From: Salpingoeca rosetta
Taxonomy: Eukaryota; Protista; Choanoflagellata
Reading direction: 5' to 3'
Length of the DNA stretch: 64,000 nt
Assembly (NCBI GenBank): GCA_033442325.1
Contig: JAWQFM010000018.1
Location: 330,536-394,535, forward strand
Part shown: positions 1 through 16,525 of the stretch, piece by piece
How positions within the stretch are numbered: position 1 is the stretch's first letter
Layout: each line of letters begins with the position of its first letter
Translations under genes and position numbers: made by a program
Notes under the pieces: model-generated
What the model was told of the DNA's origin: nothing
The model's input: the letters and a program-made list of their open reading frames with translations, nothing else
Databases searched by the model: none

Positions 1-286
1 TGTACGAGTTCCAGACGCAGACGGAAGGCACCTCTAGCTTGTTCAGCCCATGGTCCGAGACTTACACCGTTCGCCTGCTCGAATCAGGTTTGTGTGATGT
101 GTGCGTGTGAAATGTGTGTGCGAGTTGAACTTAGGCGACATGGTGTGCACTACATGCATACGTCGCTTACCTCGCGCTTTCGTCGCTGTTGCTGTTCCTC
201 GAGTCGTTCGTGACTGCTGGTGAACTTCCCAGTCACAGGCACAAGCACACGCATATGCAAGTTGTACTGTCATACTCTCACTCTCA

Positions 287-332
<46 letters not shown>

Positions 333-3300
333 ACACGCAGCACCCACGGGCAACGTGACCAACACGGACGTGACGACGACGTCGTCATCGCTGATGGTGG
401 AGTGGCAGCTGCCGGAACCGCTGGAGCGGAAGGGGCTCATCACCAACTTCACCATTGTGTACTCGCGCCAGGACGACGACCCACGCGTTGCCACAGACTC
501 GCTGGACAACTGCCCTGCGTCCGTGTGCAACTCGTTTGTGCCCGCAAACGGCGACGTGGTGTACACGTGGCCGCTGGTTGGCCTGGAGGCGTACGTCACA
601 TACACGGTTGAGGTCCGCGCGTGGACGTCTGCTGGCATTGGGCCCGCAGCCACGTTCGTCATCCGCACCGACGAGGCCATTCCGTCCGCCCCTGTTGTCT
701 TTGGCGACGTGAGCGTCACGCCGCGTACAGTCGACATTGACTTTGACCCGCTCCCGGTTCCCGACCGCAACGGCATTGCTGCCTACACGGCCACGCTCAC
801 CATCTCCACAGACCCGTTCTACACGCAGAGGATCGACTCGGCGCTCGCTGCAAGCCTGCCCGTTGTGACGGAGTTTGAGAACCAGCCCAACAGCACCCTC
901 ACCTTCCAGGCCACTGGCCTGCAGCCATTCATGGAGTACACGCTGGAGGTTGTGCCGCACACGAGCGTGGGCGACGGTGAGGCCAACACCATCACTGTGC
1001 TGACGGAGGAGGAAACGCCCACGGCACCAGCCATTACCAATGTGCAGGTGCTGGCAGATGACACTGCACAGGAGAAGCGCGTGCGCGTGAGCGTGAACAT
1101 CCGTCCACTCAACCGCCGCAACGGCGTGCTGCAGAACCTGACAATTGAGTACGGCAACGACGCGTTTGGCGACCTGGCCACGCTGCAGACGCCGCTCACG
1201 TCGGCGGAGCGCGCCACCACCACTGTCTCGCGCGTCATTGATGGTCTGCGCGCCGGTGTGCTGTACAGCTTCACGGCGACGGTCGCCAACCGCGCGCCCG
1301 TGTCGCCCGAGTCGCCCACATCGCCCTCTTTCTCCAAGACCACAGATGAGTACATTCCAACCGGCCCTGTGCTCAACCTGGTGGCTGCGGAGGAGACGGA
1401 CGAAACAGACGCCTCCAAGCGCGTGCTGCTGACGTGGAACCCACCCACCCTTGCAACGCGCAACGGTATCATCACAGAGTACCGCGTTGTCGTGCGGGTG
1501 ACGCCGAACCAGCAGGCGCAGGCGCAGGTGCACAGCGACCTCACGTATTCGCTGGCGGAACTGGGCAGCAACAACCAGGGTGACGGCCTCAGTACGCGCT
1601 TCACTTCGCTGGGCGCATATGACAAGTACACGTTCTCGGTAACGCCGCTGACAGCCATTGGCGAGGGCACTGACACAACGACCGTGTCTACGCCAGACAA
1701 CAACGGCATTCTGTCGCCGGCGCTGCCGGGCGCCAGTGTGGGCCAGCTGACCACCACCAAGGGCACGACCACGCTGGACGTGTCGTGGAACGCGCTCGCC
1801 GTGTCTGACTGGAACGACGCCAGCCTGCAGTACCGCGTGATTCTGACGCAACTTGCTGATGACCACTCGGACACGCCCGCGGAGCACGTGGTGGCGACGC
1901 AGGAGACGTCCACCACAAGTGTCAGCTTCTCCGGGCTGCAGGAGTACGTGCAGTACAAGGTGGACGTGTACCCCATCAACTCTGTGTTTGTTGGCATGGA
2001 GCAGGCTGGTGGGTTTGACGCCAGTGCGCTGTTGACGACAAACACCGTGCGCACGGAGGCGGCACCGCCAGCCGCCACGCCCGTGATCACAGACCGCTCC
2101 AACGACGCGCACAGCATCACGGTGCAGTGGGGCCGCATTGCCATGCACGACTTCAACGGCCCGCCGCGCCACTACGTGGTCAGCTACAAGGGGCTTGCGG
2201 TGGATTACGTCGAGAACGGCGGGCAGAGCGCCACGTCTCCGGAACTGGACGCCACGGACGTGATTGTGCCCTACGACGCCAGCGAGGAGAACCCCTCTGT
2301 GACGCTGACGGACCTGGAGCCAAACCGCATGTACGAGATCAAGGTGGCGCCCGAGAACACCGAGTTTGCGCCGGGCCCCTTTAGCGCGACGGAGTCTGTG
2401 CAGACGTGGTCGTTTCGCCCGGCGGAGCTGCCGACGGTGCAGTTCCACGACGACCGGCCCAACGGCGAGAGCAAGCAGACAACGCTGCGCATCACGTGGC
2501 CCATCATCAACACGCGCTTTGGGCCCGTGCGCCAGGTGCAGGTCATCGTGGAGCCGGAGGACAGCCGCCACTTCAACACCATGTACAACTGCACGTCGGC
2601 CAGTGGCGAGGACGAGTGTGCCTTTGGCGGATGGGAGACGAGCGAGAACGCGCGGGTAAACAAGCAGACGCCGCGCGCGTACATCGCCGTCCAGCGGCTG
2701 TACACCGGTGACGACGCGACGCAGACGAGTGGCTCGCTGGTGGTGGGCGACGAGCTCAACTACGGCGGCTTCTTTAACGGCCCGCTGCGCGCTGGCACCA
2801 CGTACACCGTGCGCCTGCGCGCCTTCACGCAGTCTGGCGACGGAACCGAGATGTTTGACACGGTTGGCACAATCTCAGAACCCGTGTACGACGAGAAGGG
2901 CCGCCTGATCTCGTCCCCACAGGCGTCCACGACCACATCCTCCTCGTCTGGGGGGAGCCCCGTTGGCATCATCGCTGGTGGCGCATCTGCTACGGCTCTG
3001 GTCCTCATTGTACGTTTGCACAACGCGGTTTTGTTTGCCTGCTGACCATCTGTATATGGCCTGACGGCAGCCTGTCGTCCTTGTGAGATGCTGTGCTGCG
3101 TTGCTTCAGACTACCCGTTCACATCGTCGTTGTGTGCACACTGGCTGGTGCGATTACGGCGTGTGCCAGGTGCTTGTTGTCGTGATCCTACAGGCGTGTC
3201 GATCTGGAACAACGAAGACGGCAAGACTGCCAGCGCCCGTGAGTTTATGTGTCCGTTTGCGTGTGCATGAATGCTGTATGCGTGTGCATGTATGTATGAA

Positions 3301-4160
3301 AACGTATGCGTGTGTGTGTGTGTGTGTCTGTGTGTCTCACTCGCTCACACTCACTCACTTGGTTGCTAGACAAACGACGGTCTCATGATGACTGCCAACA
3401 ACCCGACGTTTTCACAACCCGGACAGCATGTCCACGACCATCACGGTATGTGCCGCTGCGCACAGAGATGCTTGTGCTTGAACGTACAGTGGGAAATGCG
3501 TTGCAGTCGTGTTGCTGTGTTGCTGTGTTGCTGTGTTGTGTGGGGGCACTTGAATGTGCAATGCTGCAGCTGCAGCCTCGACACCCTGCTGCGTGTGAAC
3601 ACACTTTCTCTCACACAGTGCACGTGGTCCACAACTGCTGTCATGTGCTGCGTTGTGCAGTGTATGCTGAACTGAGCACAAGCGAAGAGGAAGCGGCAGC
3701 GGCGAGGATGCAGCAGCTCCGGTTTCGATGGAACCCCGCCGTGTACGACATTGGCCCCGTTGATGGTGCAGGGGCGGCCACCAATGGCGACACGCTCGGC
3801 ACACGTCTGCAAGGGATGGCATCCACACGGACGCATGCCTGGGAACCACACACGTTCGATGTGTACGGCGGCCACGGCACCACCGCAGCAGGCAACGACA
3901 GCCCTGTGCGCGACGAGGAGCCAGCCGAGAGTGCAGCCGAGAAGACAGACGGTGCCTACGACACGGTTATTGGCGTTGGCGTTGGTGGACTTCCAGAGTC
4001 GCAAGAAGAAGACGACGACACAGCAGGAGAAGAAAGAGAAGAAAGCCGGAAGAGGGAGGAAGGTCAGCAACTGGCGCAGTTACGTCTGAAGCAGAAAGAC
4101 GATGAGTCGCCATATGAGGTCATCGAAGGCTTTGCAGACGTTGACATGAGCTCTGCGTGA
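1..4160 (+). CDS. FN3-repeat type I membrane protein with RPTP-like juxtamembrane domain and Tyr-motif cytoplasmic tail (5'-partial, multi-exon)
   Basis: Exons ~1-87, 341-3009, 3169-3238, 3369-3445, 3661-4160, bounded by GT/AG. About 7 FN3 repeats (W..P...NG.IT.Y; L..Y..Y.V.V.A). Juxtamembrane 'FFNGPLRAGTTYTVRLRAFT' resembles R2/R3 receptor PTPs. TM 'VGIIAGGASATALVLI|VLVVVIL'. Acidic tail ends at TGA ~4160 with no HCxxGxxR. Confidence 0.85.
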
Positions 4161-4167
4161 AGGATTG

Positions 4168-4239
<72 letters not shown>

Positions 4240-5063
4240 CGTCAACGGGACGTGCCTTTTGTGTGTTGTGTGTATTGCGGGCTTGCCTTTCGTTTCATCC
4301 AAGCGCATTAAACGACATGGTATGGACAGCGGTGGACAGAGAAGATGGTTGATTACACAGTCCATGAATGAAACACGTGGAAGTGCTGCAAAACGTGTGA
4401 AGAGCACCGATTCTATCCGCTGGTTCATGTTTCCTCACTGGCTCTCGCTTGGTGGGTCAAACATCACCCAAGCACACCCACACACATGCACACGCACACA
4501 CACATATGCGCGCGCACACACACACACACACATTCACTCACACATTCACTCACACACACACACACACATGCGCACACACACACAAGCGAGTCGGGTGTTG
4601 TCACGCTGGTTGAAACACATGCTTTCATCAACTCATGCTTTCATCATCAACGACGAGTGGGCACACGGCAAAGAGAAACAACAGAGCAGCCAGCCAGGTA
4701 GCTGCAACCGAGAACCAGCAACGCTAAAACAGTTGTCATGTAAACTGTAACATAATGTAACACGCGCACAGAAACACGGGTGTGTCCAGAGTGGCACACC
4801 CGCCTGCGGCCACTCCCCTCCTACATGTGATCTACGCACCACAAAGCAAATACCAAGTTCGCAGGCACGCGCACGACACAGCAACAAGAGCGACAACAAC
4901 AAGAATGTAGAAGCACGTTTAAGTCCGAGGGTAGCGAAAGCGGAGTTGAAACGAGGGGAGTGAAAGTCGGGCAATGCAATGAAATGAGAGCAAGCAAACA
5001 AATGAACAAGTAAGCAAATGAACGCAAAAGGAGACAGACAGGCAAGAGCGACTATGAAAGCGG

Positions 5064-8365
<3,302 letters not shown>

Positions 8366-8644
8366 TGCGATGGGTGCGGGTTGCGTGGGCTGTTGTTGTT
8401 GGAGCAGAGCGGAAGAAGTGGGGTTTGTTTGTAGAGGATTTGTGGTGATTTTCGCCAATTTTCATCAACCACACGGAACAAGAGGACAGCAAGCAAGCAG
8501 GGGTTGGTTGTTGCTTTTTGCTGTGTGGCCTCGTGTTGCTGAGACTGAGCAGGGTGAGCGAGCTGTGAGCGAGCTGTGAGCGAGCTGTGAGCGAGTGGGA
8601 GACGGCGAGGAGCGTCAGCACACGCGACAACAAAAGGGGACATC

Positions 8645-9560
8645 ATGAGCGACGTGAAGGCCACGGACTTACAGCGACTGTTTTCCTTTCGCCAACATCT
8701 CAACACGTTCCACGGTGAGCGATGTGTTTGGGCTGTCATGCAGCCAGAGGCGGGGAACGACGGGGAGGGAGTGCTGTGGGGAGGAACGGGATCTGTCTAG
8801 CGACTCACCAGCCTTGACACATATTTGCACTCACACGTATTTACAATCACACGTATTTACAATCACACACACACACTAACATACTCACACACACACACAC
8901 TCACACACATACACTGACATACTCATGTCACACACACGCACACACTCTCACACATTTTCACACCCTCCGCGCACGATCTGTAGAGATGTGGCTGGCAATA
9001 TGGACATGGGAGCTTGGGGCGTTTGCGGTGTCACATGCGATTGCCGGGTTCATTGCGTTTCTGCGGTTCCGCAAAGATACCAAGTTTGCGTGGATCGTTC
9101 CGCTCTTCTTCCTTCTCGTTGGCGGCATCATATGTGCCACCGCCGGCGTCATCACAGGTCCGTTCATATGTATGTGTGTGTGCGCACATGTGTGTGTGTT
9201 TGAATCACGATTGATGCTGTTCCGTTGTTGTATGAAGGCCGTTTGCTTTCCCCGATTGACGCGTGTCTTCCTTTTTCCAACACTCATTCACATGCACTCA
9301 CACGCGCACATTCTTGTTCGTTGGTCGTCTTCAGCACTGTTAATCGCATCCATATACACGCAGCTGGACATCACCATGACCACCACCGAGGTTTGTGATC
9401 CTGCTCTATTGGCTGGTGCATGCACATGCTCGCTCACACAAGGCCAAGTACCAACAGCACATCTTGACGCGTGTTCCTCACGCTCGCACACACACACACA
9501 CACATACACACACACACACACATACACACACACACACACGCACGCACGCACGCACACACG

Positions 9561-9597
<37 letters not shown>

Positions 9598-9660
9598 ACA
9601 CACACGCACGCACGCACGCACACACGCACGCACACACGCACTCGCACACATACACACACA

Positions 9661-9700
<40 letters not shown>

Positions 9701-9826
9701 CTCGCACACATACATATACATACACACTTGACACTTCACGCTCGTGTACAGGCAATGATCTGGGGTGTGGGACAGTTTGGACTGTACTTCCTCTCAAGCT
9801 TCTATCACAACTACCAAACGCTGTGA
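8645..9826 (+). CDS. TMEM170: Transmembrane protein 170 (ER/nuclear envelope shaping)
   Basis: Spliced product '[54 protein letters not shown]...[48 protein letters not shown]' matches the TMEM170 pattern (EMW...W......H..AG..A; AG..T.A.IA..Y; G.GQ....SF.....TL). Confidence 0.85.
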
Positions 9827-10413
9827 TTGCCGCCACATAACACAAACAATGTCAGCGCTTTTTCACCCGTGCACATACAGACAAACTGACGGTTTCATCT
9901 TGCCCCCTCCCCTCAATCCCCGTCCACACCACAGCACCGCTAGCTGCCTTTCTTCATGTCATCATGATCATGGTCACCTTCTTCTTGATCTCCTTGCTTT
10001 TCTTCCCAGTGCCTACTTGCCCCAAGTGCACCTAATTGCCCTCGTAATTTATCCCAGTGTTCTTTTCGCGTGTTAGCTGTGTAGTTGGCTTGATACGAGT
10101 AACACTTGGTTTTAAACGAACGCTGCGATGATAGCAGACAAGCAGGCACGCCACACCACGCACGCGCGTACCGAGGGCGTGTTTAAAGTGTTCAGGTGTG
10201 GGCGTGCATGCTGCAGCCTCTCGCACGTGTGGGTGCAAGCTGTGATAACAACAGGACAACAGCACAGTGCCAGAGACGAGCGGCCCAAGGGCTCAAGCAA
10301 ACAAGAGAACGGCAGCGCTGCAAAACTGCAACGACAACACAAGTGTGGCAAAAAGATGACAAGACAGGAGAGTTGCAGTAGAGTGTTACCTGCATACTTG
10401 GCTGAACAATGAC

Positions 10414-10446
<33 letters not shown>

Positions 10447-10494
10447 TCACATCACATCCCATCACATCATATCACAAGAACGCCGATCAAAGCG

Positions 10495-11600
10495 TCAAGC
10501 TGAGTCGGGGAGAAACCTGTCGCGGAGTTGAGCAAAGGTGGGGCGCTGCTCTGGTGAGTGCTGCACGCACTCCCGCGTCACCTCCTTGTACCACTCCGGC
10601 ACTTGCACTGCCACCAAGTGACCAAACAACAAGAACAACAAGCACCAGATTGTTACACATTGGGTTGAGTGTGCGTGTGCATATGTGTATGTGTGTGTGT
10701 GTATGTGTGTGTTATTTAGTGGATGAGTATCAGAGCTGTGATGAGAACGCCAGGAGGGAAGCAAAGGAGGTGATGCCTGAGGTAATATCAAGATAGCAAG
10801 GAGCATAACACCACAGCGCATAAAATTTGTGCACATGTGCGCAGGCACACGGAAAGGACGCAAACACACACCCAAGCACAATCACACACACAATGACGCA
10901 CACACACACAAAACAAAGACACACACGCACACACACACACACACATACACACATGCACACACACATACCGCTGTCGTCGAAGCGAAGTCGCTTGCCATGC
11001 TGCAGGAGATTGCTGATGGTGGCGAGGATTGGACCATGGAAATCACACCCCTCCTCCTGCTCAATCAAGTCTGGCACACGCTGCGTCGCCACCTCCCACA
11101 TCAGCACACCAAAGCTGAACACGTCTGCCTCAAAGCTGTACTTGTCACCCGTCAGTGCCTCTGGCGCCATGTACAGGGGCGTGCCCACGCCCGCCGTTAG
11201 AGACATGCTCGTCATTGTTTCCAGACCAGTCTCCTGCGAGTATTGCGGATCCATCGACGCTGAAGACGGAGACCAGGGTGCCGCTGTCGTTTGCGCTGTC
11301 ATGAAGGAGAAAGTGGTCCGGGCACGCCCCAGTCCTCTTGAGAGCGCTGTTGTTGGGTTGGGCGCGAAACACTGGCGGATGGAGCCAAAGTCCGTGATCT
11401 TGGCGCGCAGATTTCCGGACACCAGCACGTTGCCACTCTTCAAGTCACTGGTGTTGGTGTGGGTTGATGGGTTGATGGAGTGATAAATTGATGAGATAAC
11501 GAGATACCGTGCTTGCAGGCACATGTCCGTACATATGCAGCAAACACACACACACACACACATACCCCGCACACACACACACACACACACACACATACCC

Positions 11601-11688
<88 letters not shown>

Positions 11689-14600
11689 CCACACCGATGC
11701 ATCTGGTCCAGGCTGTGGATGAACGCCATGCCGTTGATGACATCGAGAAGAAGGGTTAGCTTCAGGTCCCAGGACGTCGTCGTCTCCTCCATGCGGCTGC
11801 GCCGCTGGTTCTCGGGTGTGAAGCTGACCAATGTCTCCCCATCCACAGCTTCGTTCGTGACAACATCATCGTCGTCCTCGCCAGTGGTCGGGACGTCAAA
11901 CTCGGCGTGCATGGCTCTCAGCTCAAGCAGCATCGTCTCTATATCAGTGGCTAGCAGGTCCTTCAGTGACCCCATGGCCATGAATTCCAGCACCAGGAAC
12001 CTGGTTCCCGTGGGGTCTGTGCCCGCCCCAAAGAACCGCACTACGTTCGGGTGTCGTGTCTTCTGCAGGAACTCGACCTCCTTCTCAAACTCCGCCACCG
12101 TGCTGTTGTCAAACTCCAGCACACTCTGTTGCAGCACCTTCACCGCCACCGTCACCATGTCCCACTGCACCTTGAACACCACGCCAAATGCGCCCGCGGC
12201 GATGCGTTTCAGAAACTTGAGCTCGCCGTACTCAATCTCCCACGCGCGCTTCAGCGCCAGCACCTCCTCATTGCGCTCACCCAGCAGCTGCCTGTGCAAG
12301 GCATCGCTGGTGTGGGCGCGGCGGTAGCGACGGTACAGCCACAGGGTGATGGGCGCGCACACCGCGGCAAAGGACAGGATGGAGACGATGACGATGGTGG
12401 CAACGTGTAAATCCTTCCTCTGGCATTTGCCGTTGGAGTCCCTGTGGAAGCCATCAGCACAGGTGCATCGAAACTGAAACGAAAGCTGCGTCAGCTCGTC
12501 CTTGCTCTGTTCGCCCTGCTGGCCAGGGGAGCCTCGCACACGAAACTCGTCACGCTGGAACACAATATTACACGTGACGGGCGTGTTGTGTGTGGTGATG
12601 GAGGGCGCCCCGACTCGGCTGCGCAGCGGCAGGTCGTCCAGGCCATTGAACGCTTGCGCTGAGAGGATAATGGGCTCTGCAGTGGCTGCCTGGATCTCGT
12701 CGAGGGAGTTGAACCACGAGCTGCCGCTAAAGTCCACCACCTCTGCGTTGCGAATGCATCGTTGCAGCAGCTCCGGGCCCCGCTGTTCAAGGAGAGGGTT
12801 GCGAACGCCCTTGTAAAACAGCGCGCGTGACCCCCAGTCGCTACACAGCGGCGTGATGGACGTGACACTGGTGTCCGAGAGATCGGCAATCTCAGCGCGC
12901 GGCACGTGGAGGTCTGTTAGCTTGGTGCATCCTTTCAGATGCAGGAGATCTAGTGGGTTGTGGATCTCCACCGATTTCAATTGAGGGTTGTTCTGGAGGA
13001 ACACTGCTTTGAACAGCGTGTGGCTGCACAACGCGATGCTCTCGTACGCCGTGTTGGTGAGCGTAAACTCCTCGACGTTGTCAGCCATTGCACCACAAAG
13101 ATCTTGCAAGGGAAAGTTGCTCGCGCTCATCCCAGGCCAACCAAGGGCGAGCCGTGTGAACGCAAAGTCTGCTGCCTCAAAACCGCGCACAAACAGCTTT
13201 TCAAGAGCGATGTTGCGCGCGTCCAGCTCGTGAACAACTGTTCTGGCGTTGTGCGTGTGCTCTGGCGTGGCAAAAACGGCCGTCGATGTGCGAGTCTGCG
13301 GGGCAGCCGCTATCTCGAGTGTGCGCAGCTGTCGCAGAGAGAACATCACGGACAAATCGACCTTGGTGATGTTGTGGTTGTTCATGCGGAGGGTGACCAG
13401 CCTCGGAAACGCCTGGAGGTTGGGCTGCTGCTCGAGCGGGTTGTCATGAAGGCGCAAATGCTGCAGTGCTGGAAGAGGCGTGTGCTGAAAGTTGGTGATG
13501 CGGTTGTTTGCCAGACCCAGCGCCGTCAGCGCCCGGCTGCTGTGGAAGAGGTTGGGGTCGAGTTGGGATATCTTGTTGCGGCTCAAGTCAACAGCCGTCA
13601 GCGCCGTGGCCGTGCTGAAGGCATCGGGGTGAATGTGGGTGAGCTTGTTGTTGATGAGGAGGAGCGTGTTTAGGTTCGACAAGGGGTGAAAAGCGTCGGC
13701 GTCCACGCTCTCAATCTCGTTGTGCGTCAAGTACAGCTCCTGCAGCCGCGTGACGCCGACAAACAGCCAACTGGGGATGTGGGTGATTCTGTTGAGCGCC
13801 AGCGAGAGAAGAGTGAGCCGGGACAGTGCGTCAAAGGTGCCCTCAGAAACCTGAGTGAACCGATTGCCGCGGAGCCGCAGGTCCAGAAGGTTCGTGTTGT
13901 TGGCAAACAGGTTAACGGGCAAGCTGGTGGCACGGGTGTTGGACAGCTTCAGCTCGCGCAGCTGTGTCAGTCGAGAAAACAGCGCGTCACTGAATGCTTC
14001 AATGGGGTTGTTGTTGAGGTTCAGGAATCGAAGGTTGACGACAGACGCGAGCGCGTCAGCGTGAAGCTGGGAGATACCGTTGCCACTGAGGTCGAGGTGT
14101 ATGAGGGTGCTGAGGCCCGCAAATGTCAGCTTGGCAAGGGTGGACAAGCGATTGTTGCTGAGAATGAGGCTCGTAAGGTTTGGTGTCTGCGTGAAGGCCA
14201 TTTGTTCAATGGAGTCGAGCTGGTTGCCTGCCCACACGAGCTGTTCCAGGTTTGGCATGGCCGCAAGCGTGGCGGTTGGAAGTGCGCTCAAGCTGTTTGA
14301 GGACACATCAAGCGTCTTGATGCTGGGCCCGAGCCCGAATTCATTGTCGCCGTTCGTGGTGTCGACCGGTTGCAAGCTCGTAATGTTGTTTTTGGACAAG
14401 TCGATGGTGGTCAGGGAGGTCAGGCGGTTGAAAGTGGAGAGGGGAAACGTCCCGCCCTCCAAGCCGCGGACAGCAACCGCGTGCACGGATGATGGCCAGT
14501 CCAGTGCAAAGATCCACCGCAGCTCATACACACTCACCACCGAGTTCACGGTGACATTCCTCGGGCGCACTGTTTGGATGATGTCACTGGCAAAGGTGTT

Positions 14601-15124
14601 AGCATCGCTGTCTGAGAACGCTCGGACCTCGCTGGCATCGTTTCTGACCAGTTGCAACTCCAACACGCTTGCCTGCCGCGGTTGGGTGCAGTCATACTCT
14701 GCTGTGCCGAGGGCGCTTGCACTCAGTGTACACACGACGGGTCTCTGCGCAAACTTCTGCGTCTCATTCAGCGTCGTTGTCGTGGTGGTGGTGGTGGTAG
14801 TCGTGGTGGTGGTGGTAGTCGTGGTGGTAGTTGGTGCAGTGGTCGTGGGAGGGGGTGTGCTCTCCCGGCGGACACGCTGGTGCGGTTCTTCTCCTTGGTG
14901 GGAACGATGGTTTTGGGCTGGTCGCTGCTGCGAGACGGTGGAGGGGCAGAACTGGCGTACAAACGCCTCCATCACACGGACGTAGTCCACGTACGTGTCT
15001 GCGCGTGAAAAGCACGTACGGGCATGGGTCAGGGTGTGAGGGTGTGTGTGTGAGGGTGCGTGTGTGTGTGCGTGTGAGGGTGTGTGTAAGGGTATGAACA
15101 CGAGAGAGAGAGAGAGAGAGAGAG

Positions 15125-15161
<37 letters not shown>

Positions 15162-15168
15162 GTTTGAA

Positions 15169-15199
<31 letters not shown>

Positions 15200-15754
15200 G
15201 TGTGTGTGTATGCGAGGGTGGAACCCAACATAACCGCATGAAAAGACCACGCCGAGGCAATGAGCTCAATGGGCAAGTTCACGCCAATTGAAGTGAGGGG
15301 TCACTTCTTTCCCACGCGTACCAATGTTGAGGTCAATGTTCTTGGGGGAAGTGCGCGCGGATAGATTGGTCACATTGAGAGAACGCAGCAGTGTGCGAAA
15401 GGATGAGATGGACGTGCGCGCGTCGGTGCATAGATTGGCGTGTGCATTGCACCCGATACCAATCCATGCAGATGCTGGGTCCGTTGGAGTTGACGGCAGA
15501 TCGATGGTGTCGCTGGGGCTGTTGATGTGCTCTTGGCACGGGCCCTGAGCATACACCATCCGAGTTGCTGTGGTTTGTGTTAGCAAGGAAGGTGCAGCTG
15601 GTGTCGAGGTTCTTGGTGCCGAAGCAGCAGCGAGGACAGGGGTGAGGGTTGTCAGGATCAGGATGACCGCTGCTGTCACGAAAAAGGTGGAGGGGGATCG
15701 CCTGCGCTCGCCATCCCCCTTCCCCGGGGTTGTGCAGGGAGCCTGGCGTACCAT
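10495..15754 (-). CDS. LRR receptor-like protein kinase (TKL group): signal peptide, LRRs, EGF-like Cys motif, TM, kinase
   Basis: ATG ~15754 and hydrophobic 'FFVTAAVILILTTLTPVLA'. More than 15 LxxLxLxxNxL repeats, 'CTCADGFHRDSNGKC', TM 'VATIVIVSILSFAAVCAPITLWLY'. Kinase motifs IAAGAFGVV, VAVK, HR|DLKSGN (split by a phase-2 intron), DFG, GTPLYMAPE, DVFSFG, RPTF. Exons ~15754-15322, 14998-11695, 11447-10969, ~10603-10495. Confidence 0.9.
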
Positions 15755-16425
15755 GGCTCTGGTTCTGGCGGGCGATGCCCTTTTCCCTTCCTGATTCCTC
15801 CTGTCCAGTGTCCTGTCTCTGTGACCTTGTGACACAGTGTCCTAGTGTCCTGTTGTGGCAAGGCGCTGTTGGCGTTGTGGTGGTCTTGTCCGGTTGCAAT
15901 GTGCTAGTGTGTTGTTTCAATGTTGCAAGCAGGCAAGCAAGGTTGAGAAGAGAAGGCAAGAGCTCAGCAAGTCAGCCGAAGAGATCGAGCGTGAACAACA
16001 CTGGAGCCAGGAGTCCGATTGCCGTGCTTCTGTGCTTGTGCAGGTGTGTGGAAGGGAAAAGGCGATCGCGGAAGCGCTGAGAGGGAACAAGAGGGAAGAG
16101 GAGAGGAAAAGTGGAGGCAATGTTGTCTTGTTGTTGTGGACAGCCACACAGAAGAGGAAGGAAAAGATTTTTGTTGGCGTTGTGCTCCAACATGAGCCGC
16201 CTGTTGTCTTGTTGTTGCTGTGCTGTTGTTGCGTATGCGTGCGTATGACCTTGATGTGTGCGAGTCTCCCAACTCGTGCTCCCTTTTACGTGTTGTTGGT
16301 GTTTTTGTTGACAAGTCTACGTGCTATCATACTGGACTATGTTGGCGCATGAGTCGAAAGAAAGAAGAAAGACATGAGCATGAGCATTCCGGACACATGA
16401 ATCATCCACTGCTACAACCCGACAA

Positions 16426-16511
<86 letters not shown>

Positions 16512-16525
16512 ACGTGTTTGCTTTG

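Noticed and set aside
385-2571. 728-aa and 445-aa antisense ORFs over the FN3 exon
   Set aside because: Shadow ORFs caused by GC-rich codon bias; no domain features.
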